A stretch of 64,000 nt of DNA. Origin: an uncultured bacterium (GTDB lineage: Bacteria > Verrucomicrobiota > Verrucomicrobiia > Limisphaerales > UBA8199). The position numbers and the translations under genes are program-made. Shown here one piece after another: positions 1 through 10,329 of this stretch (positions are counted from its first letter, which is position 1; each line of letters starts with the position of its first letter). The notes beneath the pieces were generated by a model. It worked only from the letters and a program-made list of their open reading frames with translations, was not told the origin of the DNA and made no database searches. Where the stretch lies: the NCBI GenBank assembly GCA_963749495.1, contig CAVVMW010000001.1, positions 448,001 to 512,000 on the forward strand, written 5' to 3'.

Positions 1-364
1 AAATCGTCCCGCACCAACCGGGGTATTTCCAGGAGGACGTGCCGATGAAAACGCCTTGGGCGGGGAGTTCCGCTGACCGCTGTTTTAGTTGTTCCCGGCT
101 GAACGCCATTGGCCGATTATTACCCGCCGCGTGCGCTCGGGCAAACCCAAGATTCTAAACGAGAGTTCCGTGCCGTCGCGCTGGAGTTCTGGCCGAAAGC
201 GGAGGGCTTTGCGCAAGCAGAAGACCGCGATGAACAGCCCCGACTTTCTGGTGCAACGGGTGCTCTCGTTCTTGTCTCGCGTGCCTGCGGCGTAAAATTA
301 GGTTGCTCTGAATTCAGTTTGGCAGCGTGACTTTTGTAGATTATTATTGGCCGCTTACTTGAAT

Positions 365-1381
365 ATGTCCAAGCGACCCAACAGGCAGCATCGGCGTGGT
401 TTTTTGAAAACGTTGGCCGCAGTCGGCGCTGGGGCGGTGTTCACGGGGAATGCTTCCCCGGTTGCCGCCGCCGAGACTCCGGCCCTTGGCCCAGTCCCGA
501 AACGCAAATTCGGACGCCACTCCGAGATGATTTCCTCACTTGCACTTGGCGGGGCAACCCTCGTTCATGCCGCATCCATCGAGGAAGCCACCCGGATCGT
601 CGCTGCTGCCATTGATTTGGGCGTTACCTTCTTCGACAATGCCTGGGAATACTCCGACGGGCGGGCCGAAGAATGGATGGGGACCGCTTTGCGGGGCAAG
701 CGCGACAAGGTATTCTTGATGACCAAGGTTTGCACGCATCTCAAGGGCCAGGAGACCAAGGTTAAGGCCCTGGCCATGCTGGGAGATTCCCTCCGGCGGC
801 TCAAGACGGATCACCTAGACCTTTGGCAGGTCCACCAGATTCTCACCGAGGCTGAGGCCGACTCGATCTTCATTCCCGGCGGCGTGCTTGAAGCTATTGA
901 GCAAGCCAAAAAACAGGGCAAGATCCGCTATTGCGGCTTTACCGGCCATGCCGACCCCAAAGTTCATCTCCGTGTCCTTTCGCATCACTATCCTTTTGAC
1001 TCGGTACAGATGCCGTTGTCGGTGTTTGATGGGCACGAAAACGGGTTCCAGAAGCTCGTCCTGCCGGAGTTGCTCAAGCAGGGCATCGCGCCGCTTGCGA
1101 TGAAGACGCTTGGCGGCAACGCCCAAGCCGTCAAGGATGGGCTGGTTACCTCGGAGGAGGCTCTCCGCTATGGGCTGAGCCTTCCCATTGCAACCCTGAT
1201 CTCGGGAATCAACACCCTGGAGTGGCTGGAGAAGAACGCCAGGGTGGCCGCGAGTTTCAAGCCCTTCTCCCGCGAGGAAATGGCGGCGCTGGAACAGCGA
1301 TGCTCGTCCAAGAAGCAATATGAGTATTATCGCCGCTGGGCCTACTGCGACGGGCAGCCACACCGGTTTGCTTGCGCTTGA
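365..1381 (+). CDS. Aldo/keto reductase with Tat signal peptide
   Basis: RRGFLK twin-arginine leader; GVTFFDNAWEY, VFLMTK, SLRRLKTDHLDLWQVH and GKIRYCGFTGH AKR motifs; ATG at 365. Confidence 0.88.
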   Translation: MSKRPNRQHRRGFLKTLAAVGAGAVFTGNASPVAAAETPALGPVPKRKFGRHSEMISSLALGGATLVHAASIEEATRIVAAAIDLGVTFFDNAWEYSDGRAEEWMGTALRGKRDKVFLMTKVCTHLKGQETKVKALAMLGDSLRRLKTDHLDLWQVHQILTEAEADSIFIPGGVLEAIEQAKKQGKIRYCGFTGHADPKVHLRVLSHHYPFDSVQMPLSVFDGHENGFQKLVLPELLKQGIAPLAMKTLGGNAQAVKDGLVTSEEALRYGLSLPIATLISGINTLEWLEKNARVAASFKPFSREEMAALEQRCSSKKQYEYYRRWAYCDGQPHRFACA

Positions 1382-1426
1382 TGCTCACATTTCGAGACTG
1401 AGACAGCCCCGCCTTCCGAAGCGCCC

Positions 1427-1973
1427 GTGGGCACAATCTTGCATCGCCGACGTTTTCTGGCGGCTACCGTGGAAGCGGTCGCTGGAGTGCCCTTGACCGG
1501 CTGGGCCTCAGCCCTCCGGGCCGCGCCGCAGCCAACGAGCTCAGCGCTGCTCACTGGCGACGGAAGTGCCCGCGCTGCGAATCATCATCGACCATCTCGC
1601 GGGCGTCGTGGTGGACGGCAAAGCGCCCCCGGCTGACTGGGTGGGGCAGATGCGGGCGCTGGCGCGGAGGCCGAAGATTTATTTCAAAGTGTCGGGGCTG
1701 GTTGAGGGCGCCGGTCGGAGCGATGGAACAGCGCCGCGTGACGTGGGGTACTACCGCCCTGTGCTGGACGCGATGCGGGCGGTGTTCGGCCACGAACGAC
1801 TGATTTACGCCAGCAACTGGCCGGTGAGCGAGCGGTTCGCGCCGCTGGCTGCGGTCCAAGGAATTGTCGGAGACTATTTCCGCAGCCACGGACGCCGGGC
1901 CGAGGAACTGGTTTTCGCCCATAGCGCCAAGGCGGCCTACCGCTGGGTGCAGCGGGAGAAATCACAGCAATGA
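1427..1973 (+). pseudogene. Amidohydrolase_2 family remnant (Tat leader joined out of frame to C-terminal part)
   Basis: RRRFL leader at 1427; in another frame LRIIIDHLAG, IYFKVSG and FGHERLIYASNWPV; N-terminal metal-binding half missing. Confidence 0.65.
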
Positions 1974-2103
1974 CACTGAATCCAACCTGAAACAGCTATG
2001 GCAACACCCAAAGGCACCCGTTCTCAAAGATTTCTGTCTGACGGCTGCGGCGGCGCAATTGAAACCGAAGGCGTAAACTGCTACGCCCCACGAGGTCATT
2101 CGC

Positions 2104-2484
2104 ATGACGATTCCTGAAATCCTCAAAGAACTGGAGCCTTACACCGGGCGCTTCCCCCAAAAGGCCATGCAGGCCGCCATCGAACAGCGCGAGGCCATAA
2201 CGCCGGAGTTGCTGCGCGTGGTGGAAGCCGTCGCCGAAAACCCGGTCAGATACGCAGAGCGGAGAGACAACATGCTGCATCTTTTCGCGATATACCTGCT
2301 GGCGCAGTTCCGCGAAAAGCGGGCCTATCCGCTGTTCATCAAAATCTTCAGCGCCCCTGGCGAGACGGCCTTCGACTTGGTGGGAGATACCGTGACCGAA
2401 CGGCTGGGCCGGATGATTGGCCGCAACGACCCATGCCCCTGTGGCAGCGGCAAGAAATACAAGAAGTGCTGTGGAAAAGGCTGA
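2104..2484 (+). CDS. DUF1186-like N-terminus fused to SEC-C zinc motif (probably internally deleted)
   Basis: [15 protein letters not shown] segment followed directly by [19 protein letters not shown]; only 126 aa. Confidence 0.7.
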   Translation: MTIPEILKELEPYTGRFPQKAMQAAIEQREAITPELLRVVEAVAENPVRYAERRDNMLHLFAIYLLAQFREKRAYPLFIKIFSAPGETAFDLVGDTVTERLGRMIGRNDPCPCGSGKKYKKCCGKG

Positions 2485-2539
2485 ACGGTGGAAACGGACA
2501 CCGACAACAAGGTCAGGCGGACAGCAACGGCCACGACAT

Positions 2540-2760
2540 GAGCGCCATTCACGCTGATGGTCTGGCCGGTGATGTAGCCGTTGCTCGCCAGCATGACGAC
2601 CACATCGGCGACTTCTTCCACGGTCCCGAACCGGCCAACCAGAATCAGGTCGGGCCGGGCCTTCGGATTGCTGGTAATCATCTCGGTTTCGACCAGCGCC
2701 GGGGCAATCGCGTTTGCCGTGATGCCCTCTTTGGCCAGCAGAGCCGCAGCCGCGGTGACC
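2540..2760 (-). pseudogene. Short-chain dehydrogenase (FabG-like) C-terminal fragment
   Basis: GITANAIAPALVETEM...GRFGTVEEVADVV...YITGQTISVNG; no Rossmann N-terminus or YxxxK; ends approximate. Confidence 0.7.
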
Positions 2761-3031
2761 GGCGACGTCGGCAACGCCTTGACGCTCGACCACGATGGCC
2801 TTCGGGCGTTGGTGTCCACGAACGCTGAGACGTTGCGCCTGATACGGCTCGGCCTGAGTCGCAGTTGTTCCGTGCCCACGGACTCGCCAGGCCCCCCGCG
2901 AATAGGCGCGCCGCCCAGCCCCGAATACCTGCCAATCCCGACTGAATTACGCACAAATTGTGCGGAAGAGCGCAAGCCTCGGACTTTATTTTGCACGAGC
3001 CCTTAGCGCAGCGCCGGAATTGGGCGAATGG

Positions 3032-3823
3032 TCAATTTGGCCGCTTCGAGGGCACTGTATAATTGGGGCTCCAGTAGTAGTTCCAAAGCAGATTGAGGCC
3101 GGCGAGCTCGACGTGGCCGTCGAATAAGACAAGGTTGATCGCGGAAGGCAAGGGGACTCCGGGCGCCACGTGTCGGGGCGCCTGCCCGGGGGCCGCGCTG
3201 CCGTGGCGGGCCACGTCGAAGCGCTCGATGCCGGCGACGTAATCCGGCCATGGTATCTGGTATAAGTTTCTGGCCGGGGCATCCGTGGCCGCGGGCCATG
3301 TGTCCACCCACATCGCGTCACCAAGGAGAGGCGTCTGGGCCGGGCGCTGGACGGCGGAGGCTTTAGTGAAACACTGGCCCGCGTTCACATAATCGTCGTA
3401 CATCCAGCCGTTAAGCCCATAGCTGCCGTTGCCGGTGAAGGAATTCAGTGTGGCCCCGGCCCAAATCCAAGTCCGATCCGCGGCGCCATAACCATTGTTA
3501 GCCATGCTATTGGTTATTGAAGCCAAAGGGCAAAGGCGGACCTGTGCCATCTGGGCACGATAGTTGATCAGGTCCTGCATCCAGAGCCCCGCAGTGTCTG
3601 CCCCGACCTCGTAGAGAGAATGGAAATCGTCAAAATACATAAAGCTGGTCAAACCCAGTTGCTTGAGGTTATTGGCGCAGCTCACACGGGCAGCCTTGAG
3701 CTTGGAGCGGCTCAGCGCGGGCAGCAGCATCGCCGCCAGGATGGCAATAATGGCGATCACCACCAGAAGTTCAATCAAGGTGAAACCACTCCGGCAATTC
3801 CTCCCCTTTTTCATAATGTTCAT
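3032..3823 (-). CDS. Prepilin-type N-terminal cleavage/methylation protein (DUF1559/H-X9-DG type)
   Basis: [37 protein letters not shown] and C-terminal [11 protein letters not shown]. Confidence 0.92.
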   Translation of the reverse strand: MNIMKKGRNCRSGFTLIELLVVIAIIAILAAMLLPALSRSKLKAARVSCANNLKQLGLTSFMYFDDFHSLYEVGADTAGLWMQDLINYRAQMAQVRLCPLASITNSMANNGYGAADRTWIWAGATLNSFTGNGSYGLNGWMYDDYVNAGQCFTKASAVQRPAQTPLLGDAMWVDTWPAATDAPARNLYQIPWPDYVAGIERFDVARHGSAAPGQAPRHVAPGVPLPSAINLVLFDGHVELAGLNLLWNYYWSPNYTVPSKRPN

Positions 3824-4849
3824 AATTCGTGTTGCCGGGAGCGCATCGCCTTCAGCGCCCTGCCGGCACGTTCACAGCAATTTAGCATTTACCAGACATT
3901 CTCACTCAGAGCAGCACGCCCGGACAGCTTACACCCTCCGGGCCGTTGCGCGCTACCCGAAAACCGGCGGTCGGGAGTTGACCGCAGCGGGACCAGTGCC
4001 GGGCGCTGCTGCGGTGGGCGATGCGGCATTGGGCTGGTGACCCGAAGGCCCAACCTGGTCACGTATGTTCAACGCCTTTGTCACACCGGCTGCTGGCTGG
4101 CGACCGCCGCGCCCCACCCTCGCTCCTCAGCCGCTCGCTGTGGGCAGCATAGCCAAGCCCGAACTGAGGGATTGGGAAGACGCGGCGAGCGCGGAGGACT
4201 GGACCGAGGCCGTGCTCGGGTTTTTGCGCCAGCGCCGATGCGAGATCGTGCCCTTTTGGGAAGTCGTGAACCGCGTCCCTAGCGAGTCGTGCCAGGCAAC
4301 CGCGCTTACCAGCGGCTCCTGCGTCGCGGACTCTCTGAACTGCATGACCCGCGCCTCTCAGAATCCTCCATCCTGGCAGCAGACCTCGCCCAATTCCAAA
4401 ACGCTTTGGACGCTTACCTCGCCGAAAAGATCGCCGCTTGAAACCGTGATCAGTTTACAACCAGTTTTAAGATTCAAGGACTCGAGACAGAGGGTTAGCC
4501 CAAAACCTATCCCCTCGGCCCGGAGCCCTTTGGTTCACGGGCGTTCTAGTTGTCTAAACCTCAACCTGCGAGTGCACACTGAGTTGGATCGAGCTGCCGA
4601 AATATATTCCCGTAGCCGAAGGCTCTGCGGCCAAGGACGACCCACCCAGGATAATAAAAGTGAGTTTCGAGTTATTCAAAATGATTGACGACGAGACGGA
4701 GCGCGGCTACACTTATATAGCTAAGATGGAGTAATGCCCTTCCTGAGTATGCTCGTTTCGATTACAGTTCATTAGGCAGGTCCAGCACTTCGCTTTCTTG
4801 TGGACAATGCAGAGATTCTATAACCCGGGCCACATCCACGGCGATAATG

Positions 4850-5233
4850 TCATCGACTGTGAAGCATCATCCACAACACACCGAAGGACTGATTAAGTCC
4901 ACACCCAGCCCAGACCCATGTCAAGAGCTTCACCTTTCTGGCGACCCTACCGTTATCTTCGTTGAGTCGTTTAATGGTCTCTTGCAACTCGCCAATGACG
5001 CGCGCCATTTGGACATGATTGATGGCGAGCATACGGACAACCCCACGGTGCTGCACAGTGGGGTTTAATATCTCCAGATTGCAGAGAATAGAGATGAACT
5101 CAGCGTGCTGTTCAGGCGTCATCCTACACACGGCCTGCTCGCGGAAGGCGATGTTCATCCTTTCGAGTCGAGAATAAATATTTTCCATAAGTGTGCAATT
5201 ACAGTAAGGGCCGACAGTATCTGCAGGGTTCAA
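4850..5233 (-). CDS. Hypothetical protein (AT-rich block)
   Basis: 127-aa ORF whose start overlaps the upstream stop (ATGA at 5230-5233); no motif recognised. Confidence 0.45.
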   Translation of the reverse strand: MNPADTVGPYCNCTLMENIYSRLERMNIAFREQAVCRMTPEQHAEFISILCNLEILNPTVQHRGVVRMLAINHVQMARVIGELQETIKRLNEDNGRVARKVKLLTWVWAGCGLNQSFGVLWMMLHSR

Positions 5234-5781
5234 GCGTTATCAACTTCGAGCCAATAATACGGGTCGCCATAAGGAACAGCTTTAAGTTGCTTGCGAGTCG
5301 GTGGTCTTTGAGGTGAATCGTGATATATCGCCATGATGTTCTCTAGGTCTTTGCAAAATGATTCGGACGCCTCGTATCTTACAACATCATTGGCCCTCCT
5401 GTAATCCGCCGCCCTGTTTATCATTTTGTGATGCAGCCATGGCAAATAGTGTGCTACCGGGCGAATCATAAAGACTTTCGTAATCGCACCAAGCATTCCC
5501 GAAACCAGATACATCAATATCCCTCCCCACCAGCTATAGATAAAGCCAAGGATGATGGACGCGCAGAATATAATGGTTGTGATGAAGGGAATATTACTGA
5601 GCCATCCATCCATTAGTGCTGCCTGACTTATCCTCATAAGCGGCTTTGTAGCCTCGTTGTCTTGGGCGTCCGACGGGGCTAAAATCTTCGCAACCCACAT
5701 ACTCGTGTCAAATAAGCCATCACTGATAGGCTTTAGCAATGCGTATATAATTGCTATTCCTGTTGCTATAATAAGAAACAT
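5230..5781 (-). CDS. Hypothetical membrane protein (AT-rich block)
   Basis: 183 aa with about three hydrophobic segments. Confidence 0.65.
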   Translation of the reverse strand: MFLIIATGIAIIYALLKPISDGLFDTSMWVAKILAPSDAQDNEATKPLMRISQAALMDGWLSNIPFITTIIFCASIILGFIYSWWGGILMYLVSGMLGAITKVFMIRPVAHYLPWLHHKMINRAADYRRANDVVRYEASESFCKDLENIMAIYHDSPQRPPTRKQLKAVPYGDPYYWLEVDNA

Positions 5782-5815
5782 GTGTGTTAAGTGGCGTTGT
5801 GTGGCGTATTATACC

Positions 5816-6298
5816 TCAACGTGAGGGAGCCAACTTGATAGACCTGAAATCCTTGAAGTATAGGTTTAGGACAGCGTAAAACTCAGCATACAGTTGCCCG
5901 ATCGCCGCTTGCTCTAATTTACCTCCGGTCAACACAGTGGAGAAATGTGCAATCATCTGAGCAACCCCGTCTACACCAGAGGACGCAAATGCTTGACTAT
6001 AGCCGTGTGAAATCTCGTTAATGTTGGAACGCTTGGCCTCCTTCAGATACGTCGTGACGAAGAGTTGAGCGTTCAAAGATGTGTCCATGCTGCAACTCTT
6101 AGCCACCGCAACCAACAGGAGATTAATGAAAACTGCTCTGAGGTGATCGTAATAGAGCTGAGCTGGGACGCCACTCAATGCTGTATTATTGCACACTCGT
6201 CTAATATCTTCCCAGGTTGCCTCATGCTCTGTGGAAAGAAGCGGTGTCAGGTTCTTCGTGCAATAATCCTCAACCGAAACCTTTTTCTTAAAGAACAT
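5816..6298 (-). CDS. Hypothetical protein (AT-rich block)
   Basis: 160-aa ORF starting MFFKKKV in AT-rich DNA; co-oriented with neighbours. Confidence 0.65.
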   Translation of the reverse strand: MFFKKKVSVEDYCTKNLTPLLSTEHEATWEDIRRVCNNTALSGVPAQLYYDHLRAVFINLLLVAVAKSCSMDTSLNAQLFVTTYLKEAKRSNINEISHGYSQAFASSGVDGVAQMIAHFSTVLTGGKLEQAAIGQLYAEFYAVLNLYFKDFRSIKLAPSR

Positions 6299-6344
6299 AA
6301 TGTTGTGGCGGTGCTCGCTCGATATAGTTGGTCGGCCATATCCA

Positions 6345-7028
6345 TCAATTGGCTGCCTTTAGGAACCTGGCCTTGAAGGACAGAATAATCTCGCTCGGCT
6401 TCAGCTTGCTGGTGAGCTTTGAGTGAAAGTCATCTTCGTTTGTCAACGTGAAGTCGTTCAGCTCTATGTGACTGTAGTCATACCATACTTTGTTCAATCG
6501 TGCAGCTTTCTTCCTACTGAGTAACGGTAGCAACTCAAGCACAGCGATGTGAATCTCCTCCTTGGTGCTGCGGTACCACTTCGATAACTCTTCGGGATAT
6601 GAATAATCCGCCGTTCCGAACGTTCTCGAAATGAGCACACGAAAGGCATTCTTGGCGCTTCGCTTTCGGTTAACGTTCGCGGTCCAAATGCCAATTAACC
6701 CGGCGATGAGACCACCCAGAATTGTGAAAACGAACTGCTCAAGGAATTGTGGAACGGTAGTATGCCCTTTGCTCAAGTCAGCAGTGGTGGCATCTATCTT
6801 CTGCGCTGCGATGGTATTTGCGGGTCCAGAAAGGGGCGGTGGGTTGGTGGGCTGGGCAATAATGCCTAGTTGCGAACTCATTGCCAAGATGATAGCCAAG
6901 TGCCCCAGCCGACATGTAACCTTCTTGATGGCATTCATCAGGTGGCAGAATTTGAACACAGGAGCCGTTCCAGCGTCAACATACGGTTGGCTCTTGTCCT
7001 TGCCGAGCAGTCTGCCAAGCAGGCCCAT
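6345..7028 (-). CDS. Hypothetical membrane-anchored protein (AT-rich block)
   Basis: 227 aa; TM segment FVFTILGGLIAGLIGIW; start uncertain. Confidence 0.55.
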   Translation of the reverse strand: MGLLGRLLGKDKSQPYVDAGTAPVFKFCHLMNAIKKVTCRLGHLAIILAMSSQLGIIAQPTNPPPLSGPANTIAAQKIDATTADLSKGHTTVPQFLEQFVFTILGGLIAGLIGIWTANVNRKRSAKNAFRVLISRTFGTADYSYPEELSKWYRSTKEEIHIAVLELLPLLSRKKAARLNKVWYDYSHIELNDFTLTNEDDFHSKLTSKLKPSEIILSFKARFLKAAN

Positions 7029-7589
7029 ACGAGGGCATTGAACGCCCAGAAGGCCCGGTTGGCAAGAGGTAATTCAGAGCCCGCCATTCGCACCGCCCCG
7101 CTATCGAACTCTTGCCCTCAGATCCTCAATCCCATTCACCCCTGGCTCCAGATGAGCTTCTCCTGCTGTCCGTCTGCCCCGGCCCCGGTCCTTTTGACCA
7201 GCCAGAGGTCGAGGCCCAGGTAAATGCAGGGCGGCGGCAGTGGGGATTGAGAGGACGGAGACGAGCCGGAACCTGGTTTAATGGCCTGGTGGTGAAGCGT
7301 GGAAGGGCTCAGGAAGGGTTTTGCCGTCTGGGCGGCATGGATTGCAGGCTTGGAGACCGGCGACGGCGGGCAGGGCAACCCAGGTCCAAGAGCAGTGGCG
7401 GTTGAGAGGAAGGAGCCAGCGCGGGGCGGGAACCTGGTGCTCGGATGAACTGAAACCACGACTCATCCTCGCTCTCCTGGCTGCCAGTTCCATGCACCGA
7501 CACCAGTCGAAAACGCGACCCTCCATTCTTAGTTTTATTCTTAGTTTCGACTTTTTCCTATGGAAACAAAAGTCCGTTGGATCGGTGCG

Positions 7590-9374
7590 TCAGGCGGCTT
7601 TCTGAAATAGGCGGCAGATGGCCTCGGGGAAGGCGGGGAGTGCGATCAGTTGCCGGATTTGCGGAGGTACTTTCTCCAAGGAGCCTTGAACCGCCCGCAG
7701 TTCTTCGCGAACGGTTTGAGCGTCGATCTGGGCAAAGCGTTCTTCGAGGGTAGCCTGGCCGTTGAGCAGGATTTTGAGGCAGCCAGGATTTTCCAGATTT
7801 CGGACCAATGGGGTGTCGGCGATCATGCTTTGGAGCAAGCGGCTGATCGAGTTGTGCCCGCTTCTGCGGCGAGCTCCTCGCCGAAAATCGCGGAAGAACC
7901 GCTCCATAAGGTTGTTGGTGCGCTGGGGTTGGAGGCGCCGTGTTCCGCTGGGGGTCCTCACCGTGATCGGATCGGCAAAGAGCTTGTCTTTATACTTGTC
8001 GATCTGCCCGATGAGGGCCTGCCAGTGGGGGGTGGAAGGGTAATCGGCACGGGAGGTAATCTCCTGGTGGAAGTGCTCGACCGCCTTTTCAATCGGGCCC
8101 ATAGCCATCGGGCGGCTGCCAGAGTTGAGACCAGCGGCTCCGCCGGCTTCGGCAATACGCATCGCGCTACGCAGTCGGTCGAACACCGCGATCTTGAGGT
8201 CGATGGCGGTGAGCATTCTTTGCAGGCCCTCATCGGCGTAGATTCCTTTGAGTTCACAGGACAGCTTGAATAGCGGTTTGTTGTCCGCCCATTGGCCGCG
8301 GAGGTGAACGTCCTTGATTTGTTCCAAGCCCTGCCCCAGAGCCCGCAGGCGCTTGGCAAACTGCACGTGAGGCCGATCAAAGGGGAACCCGTAGCCCTGG
8401 CCGTCGGTTTTACCCTCCAGTGCCCACTGGATCAGAGCGTAGGCACAGAGCAGCGGAAAGACCTCCAGCTTCTCGCTCGGCAGACAGTGGCCCTGCACAT
8501 CCTGACAGAAGCTCTCGACCAAGCCGGGCTGCTCATCGATGGCAGCTTTGAACCGGCGAGCGTAATAGAGCAGCTTTTCGGTCAGGCCATGCTTGCGCAG
8601 GCGCTGCCGGATAGCGTCATAGTCGGCCTCCAGGAGATCCTTGCCGGCATCGCGCAGAAAATGAAAATGACAGACAAAGTCCGGCACGCCGGGAAACACC
8701 CTCTGGACTGCCGCCAGGATGCCGTGGCCCATGTCATGGACGGCCGCCACCGGCACCCCAAAGCGGCGCTTGATCTCCTGCAGGAACGGGACAATCTGCT
8801 CGGTCTTTTCCGAGGGCACCTTCACATTGCCCAGCACGATTTCCGAGAGCGAATCCAGGCTGCTCATCAACATCGGCCCGCCCCCTTCACCGGTGCCATC
8901 CAGATGGAGAATGTAACCGCCTTGGGCGCGCATGGCTTGCTTGAGGGGTGGCGCCGACTGCCGGTGCGCCAGGGCGAGGTAAACGACGAACTTTCTTCCC
9001 AGATAGCCGACTTCACTGGGACTGAGCCGAACCTGGTGCGCTTGCAATTCCTCGATGATTTGCTCGGCCCGGCGCTGGTGCAAGAAAAGCGCCTGGCCGA
9101 CGAAGACCAGCACATCGTACCCAAAGGTGCAGCCCGAGGGCACCAGTTGACTGAGAGACTCGGCGCCATAGAGGGTGTCGTTGGGGCAGTGCTCGCAGTG
9201 CAGGAGGGTTTCGTGCGCGCTAAAGCAGCCCAGCGGCAGGGTCTGAACCCTTCGGCGCTGGGTTTTGTAAACCTGGAGCGGCGCCCGACAGTCGGGGCAA
9301 TCGGTTTGGGCGGGCCGAAAGGGCACGGTAGGCCGTTGCGCGAACAGACAGGCCGGGGAACTCTCTCTCGCCAA
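7590..9374 (-). CDS. DDE transposase (OrfB; probably C-terminal part of a frameshift fusion)
   Basis: CPDC/CEHC Zn ribbon, ILHLDGT, AVHDMG, VCHFHFLRD (CxxH) and RTNNLMERFFR. Confidence 0.88.
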   Translation of the reverse strand: MARESSPACLFAQRPTVPFRPAQTDCPDCRAPLQVYKTQRRRVQTLPLGCFSAHETLLHCEHCPNDTLYGAESLSQLVPSGCTFGYDVLVFVGQALFLHQRRAEQIIEELQAHQVRLSPSEVGYLGRKFVVYLALAHRQSAPPLKQAMRAQGGYILHLDGTGEGGGPMLMSSLDSLSEIVLGNVKVPSEKTEQIVPFLQEIKRRFGVPVAAVHDMGHGILAAVQRVFPGVPDFVCHFHFLRDAGKDLLEADYDAIRQRLRKHGLTEKLLYYARRFKAAIDEQPGLVESFCQDVQGHCLPSEKLEVFPLLCAYALIQWALEGKTDGQGYGFPFDRPHVQFAKRLRALGQGLEQIKDVHLRGQWADNKPLFKLSCELKGIYADEGLQRMLTAIDLKIAVFDRLRSAMRIAEAGGAAGLNSGSRPMAMGPIEKAVEHFHQEITSRADYPSTPHWQALIGQIDKYKDKLFADPITVRTPSGTRRLQPQRTNNLMERFFRDFRRGARRRSGHNSISRLLQSMIADTPLVRNLENPGCLKILLNGQATLEERFAQIDAQTVREELRAVQGSLEKVPPQIRQLIALPAFPEAICRLFQKAA

Positions 9375-9409
9375 CTTCTCCTGGTAACTCCGGAAGGTGG
9401 CCAGCGTAT

Positions 9410-10078
9410 TCAGTTGGGTGCCTGGGGCGTTTTTTTTAGACCGTGTTCCTGGAAGAAGCGCTGGATGCTCTCGGGAGCCACGGCGAGGTTACGTTGCTCT
9501 CGGAGCCGGGTGGCGATCTGCTCGAAGCTCAGTGCGGGCTCCTTGATGTATTCCACCAAGACCCAGAGGGTGGTTTGCGTGCTCAGCGCGGCCGTGGGGC
9601 TGGTGGCTTGCGCGAAGGCGGCTTGCTCGCGCTGCTGGCGATTGAGGTGCGGGTCGGCCGCCAGGTAGCGAAACTGGCCTGAGAGCCGGAGACGATCCAA
9701 TCGGCCCGCCTTGTGCAGTTGGCTCAAAACGGCGTGACAGGGGTGTTGCAACTTCCCGGTCAGTTCGCTGGCGGACAGTCCGGCGGGGCTGCCTCCGACC
9801 AGGTGATCAATGGTGGCGGTGAGACTGCCGTGTTTGGAAAAGCCGATCCCTCTGTAGTGCCACAGGCCATCTCGGTCAAAGTCTGGGGAATCGCGCAGAG
9901 TGTACCACTTGCCGTTCTGGGTGTAACTCCTGAAGTAGCCGACCTGCTTGAGGAAGCGGCGCACCGAGATCAGGGCGTAGCCGAGAGCCTCGGCGAGTTG
10001 GTCGAGCATCCAGCACTTGCGGCGGTGGAACAATTTTTCCAGGCGCTCGGTCGCGGGCCGTGGAGGCGTCATAGGCAA
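9410..10078 (-). CDS. Transposon OrfA, putative HTH DNA-binding protein
   Basis: 222 aa with HTH-like LDQLAEALGYALISVRRFL and LSFEQIATRL; ends GLKKT over an A8 run. Confidence 0.8.
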   Translation of the reverse strand: MPMTPPRPATERLEKLFHRRKCWMLDQLAEALGYALISVRRFLKQVGYFRSYTQNGKWYTLRDSPDFDRDGLWHYRGIGFSKHGSLTATIDHLVGGSPAGLSASELTGKLQHPCHAVLSQLHKAGRLDRLRLSGQFRYLAADPHLNRQQREQAAFAQATSPTAALSTQTTLWVLVEYIKEPALSFEQIATRLREQRNLAVAPESIQRFFQEHGLKKTPQAPN

Positions 10079-10114
10079 ATGATATAGTGTTAAACTATCC
10101 GTCAGATATTTAAT

Positions 10115-10142
10115 ACTGTATCATGGGCTGGGGGCTTGTCAA
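10115..10142 (-). promoter_or_regulatory. Sigma70-like promoter for transposon OrfA
   Basis: TTGACA (10142-10137), 16 bp, TACAGT (10120-10115); 37 bp upstream of ATG 10078. Confidence 0.5.
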
Positions 10143-10329
10143 CGCCTTGGCTCGCTCGGCCCGTCCAACGCAGCGCACCGCTTAAGCCACGCCGGGAGAA
10201 GGGCTTACGACTACCAGACCTTCAAAGCTGAAAAACCAGATAGGGCCACCGATGGGACAAAATGATCGAGTATGAAAGTCTGCGGTCGCTGTAAGTGCCT
10301 GCCCACCAACGACGCAACCGAGCTTTGCG

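Larger units (their letters stand above)
7575..10170 (-). mobile_element. Two-ORF DDE insertion sequence (Mutator-like/IS256-related catalytic signature; family unassigned)
   Basis: Transposase plus upstream ORF; candidate 7-bp terminal inverted repeats CGTTGGA (7575-7581) / TCCAACG (10164-10170); ends tentative, no TSD seen. Confidence 0.7.

Noticed and set aside
1..330. Short ORFs at the window start
   Set aside because: No motif, conflicting frames and no upstream context.
4065..4688. 207-aa ORF as a real gene
   Set aside because: No recognisable motif and composition changes midway; at most a fragment.
4850..7028. Integron cassette array in the AT-rich block
   Set aside because: Spacers are 0-46 bp with no RYYYAAC...GTTRRRY palindromic attC structure.
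7136..7459. IS110 transposase remnant (YLGLDL motif)
   Set aside because: Only six residues match and the surrounding sequence is not IS110-like.
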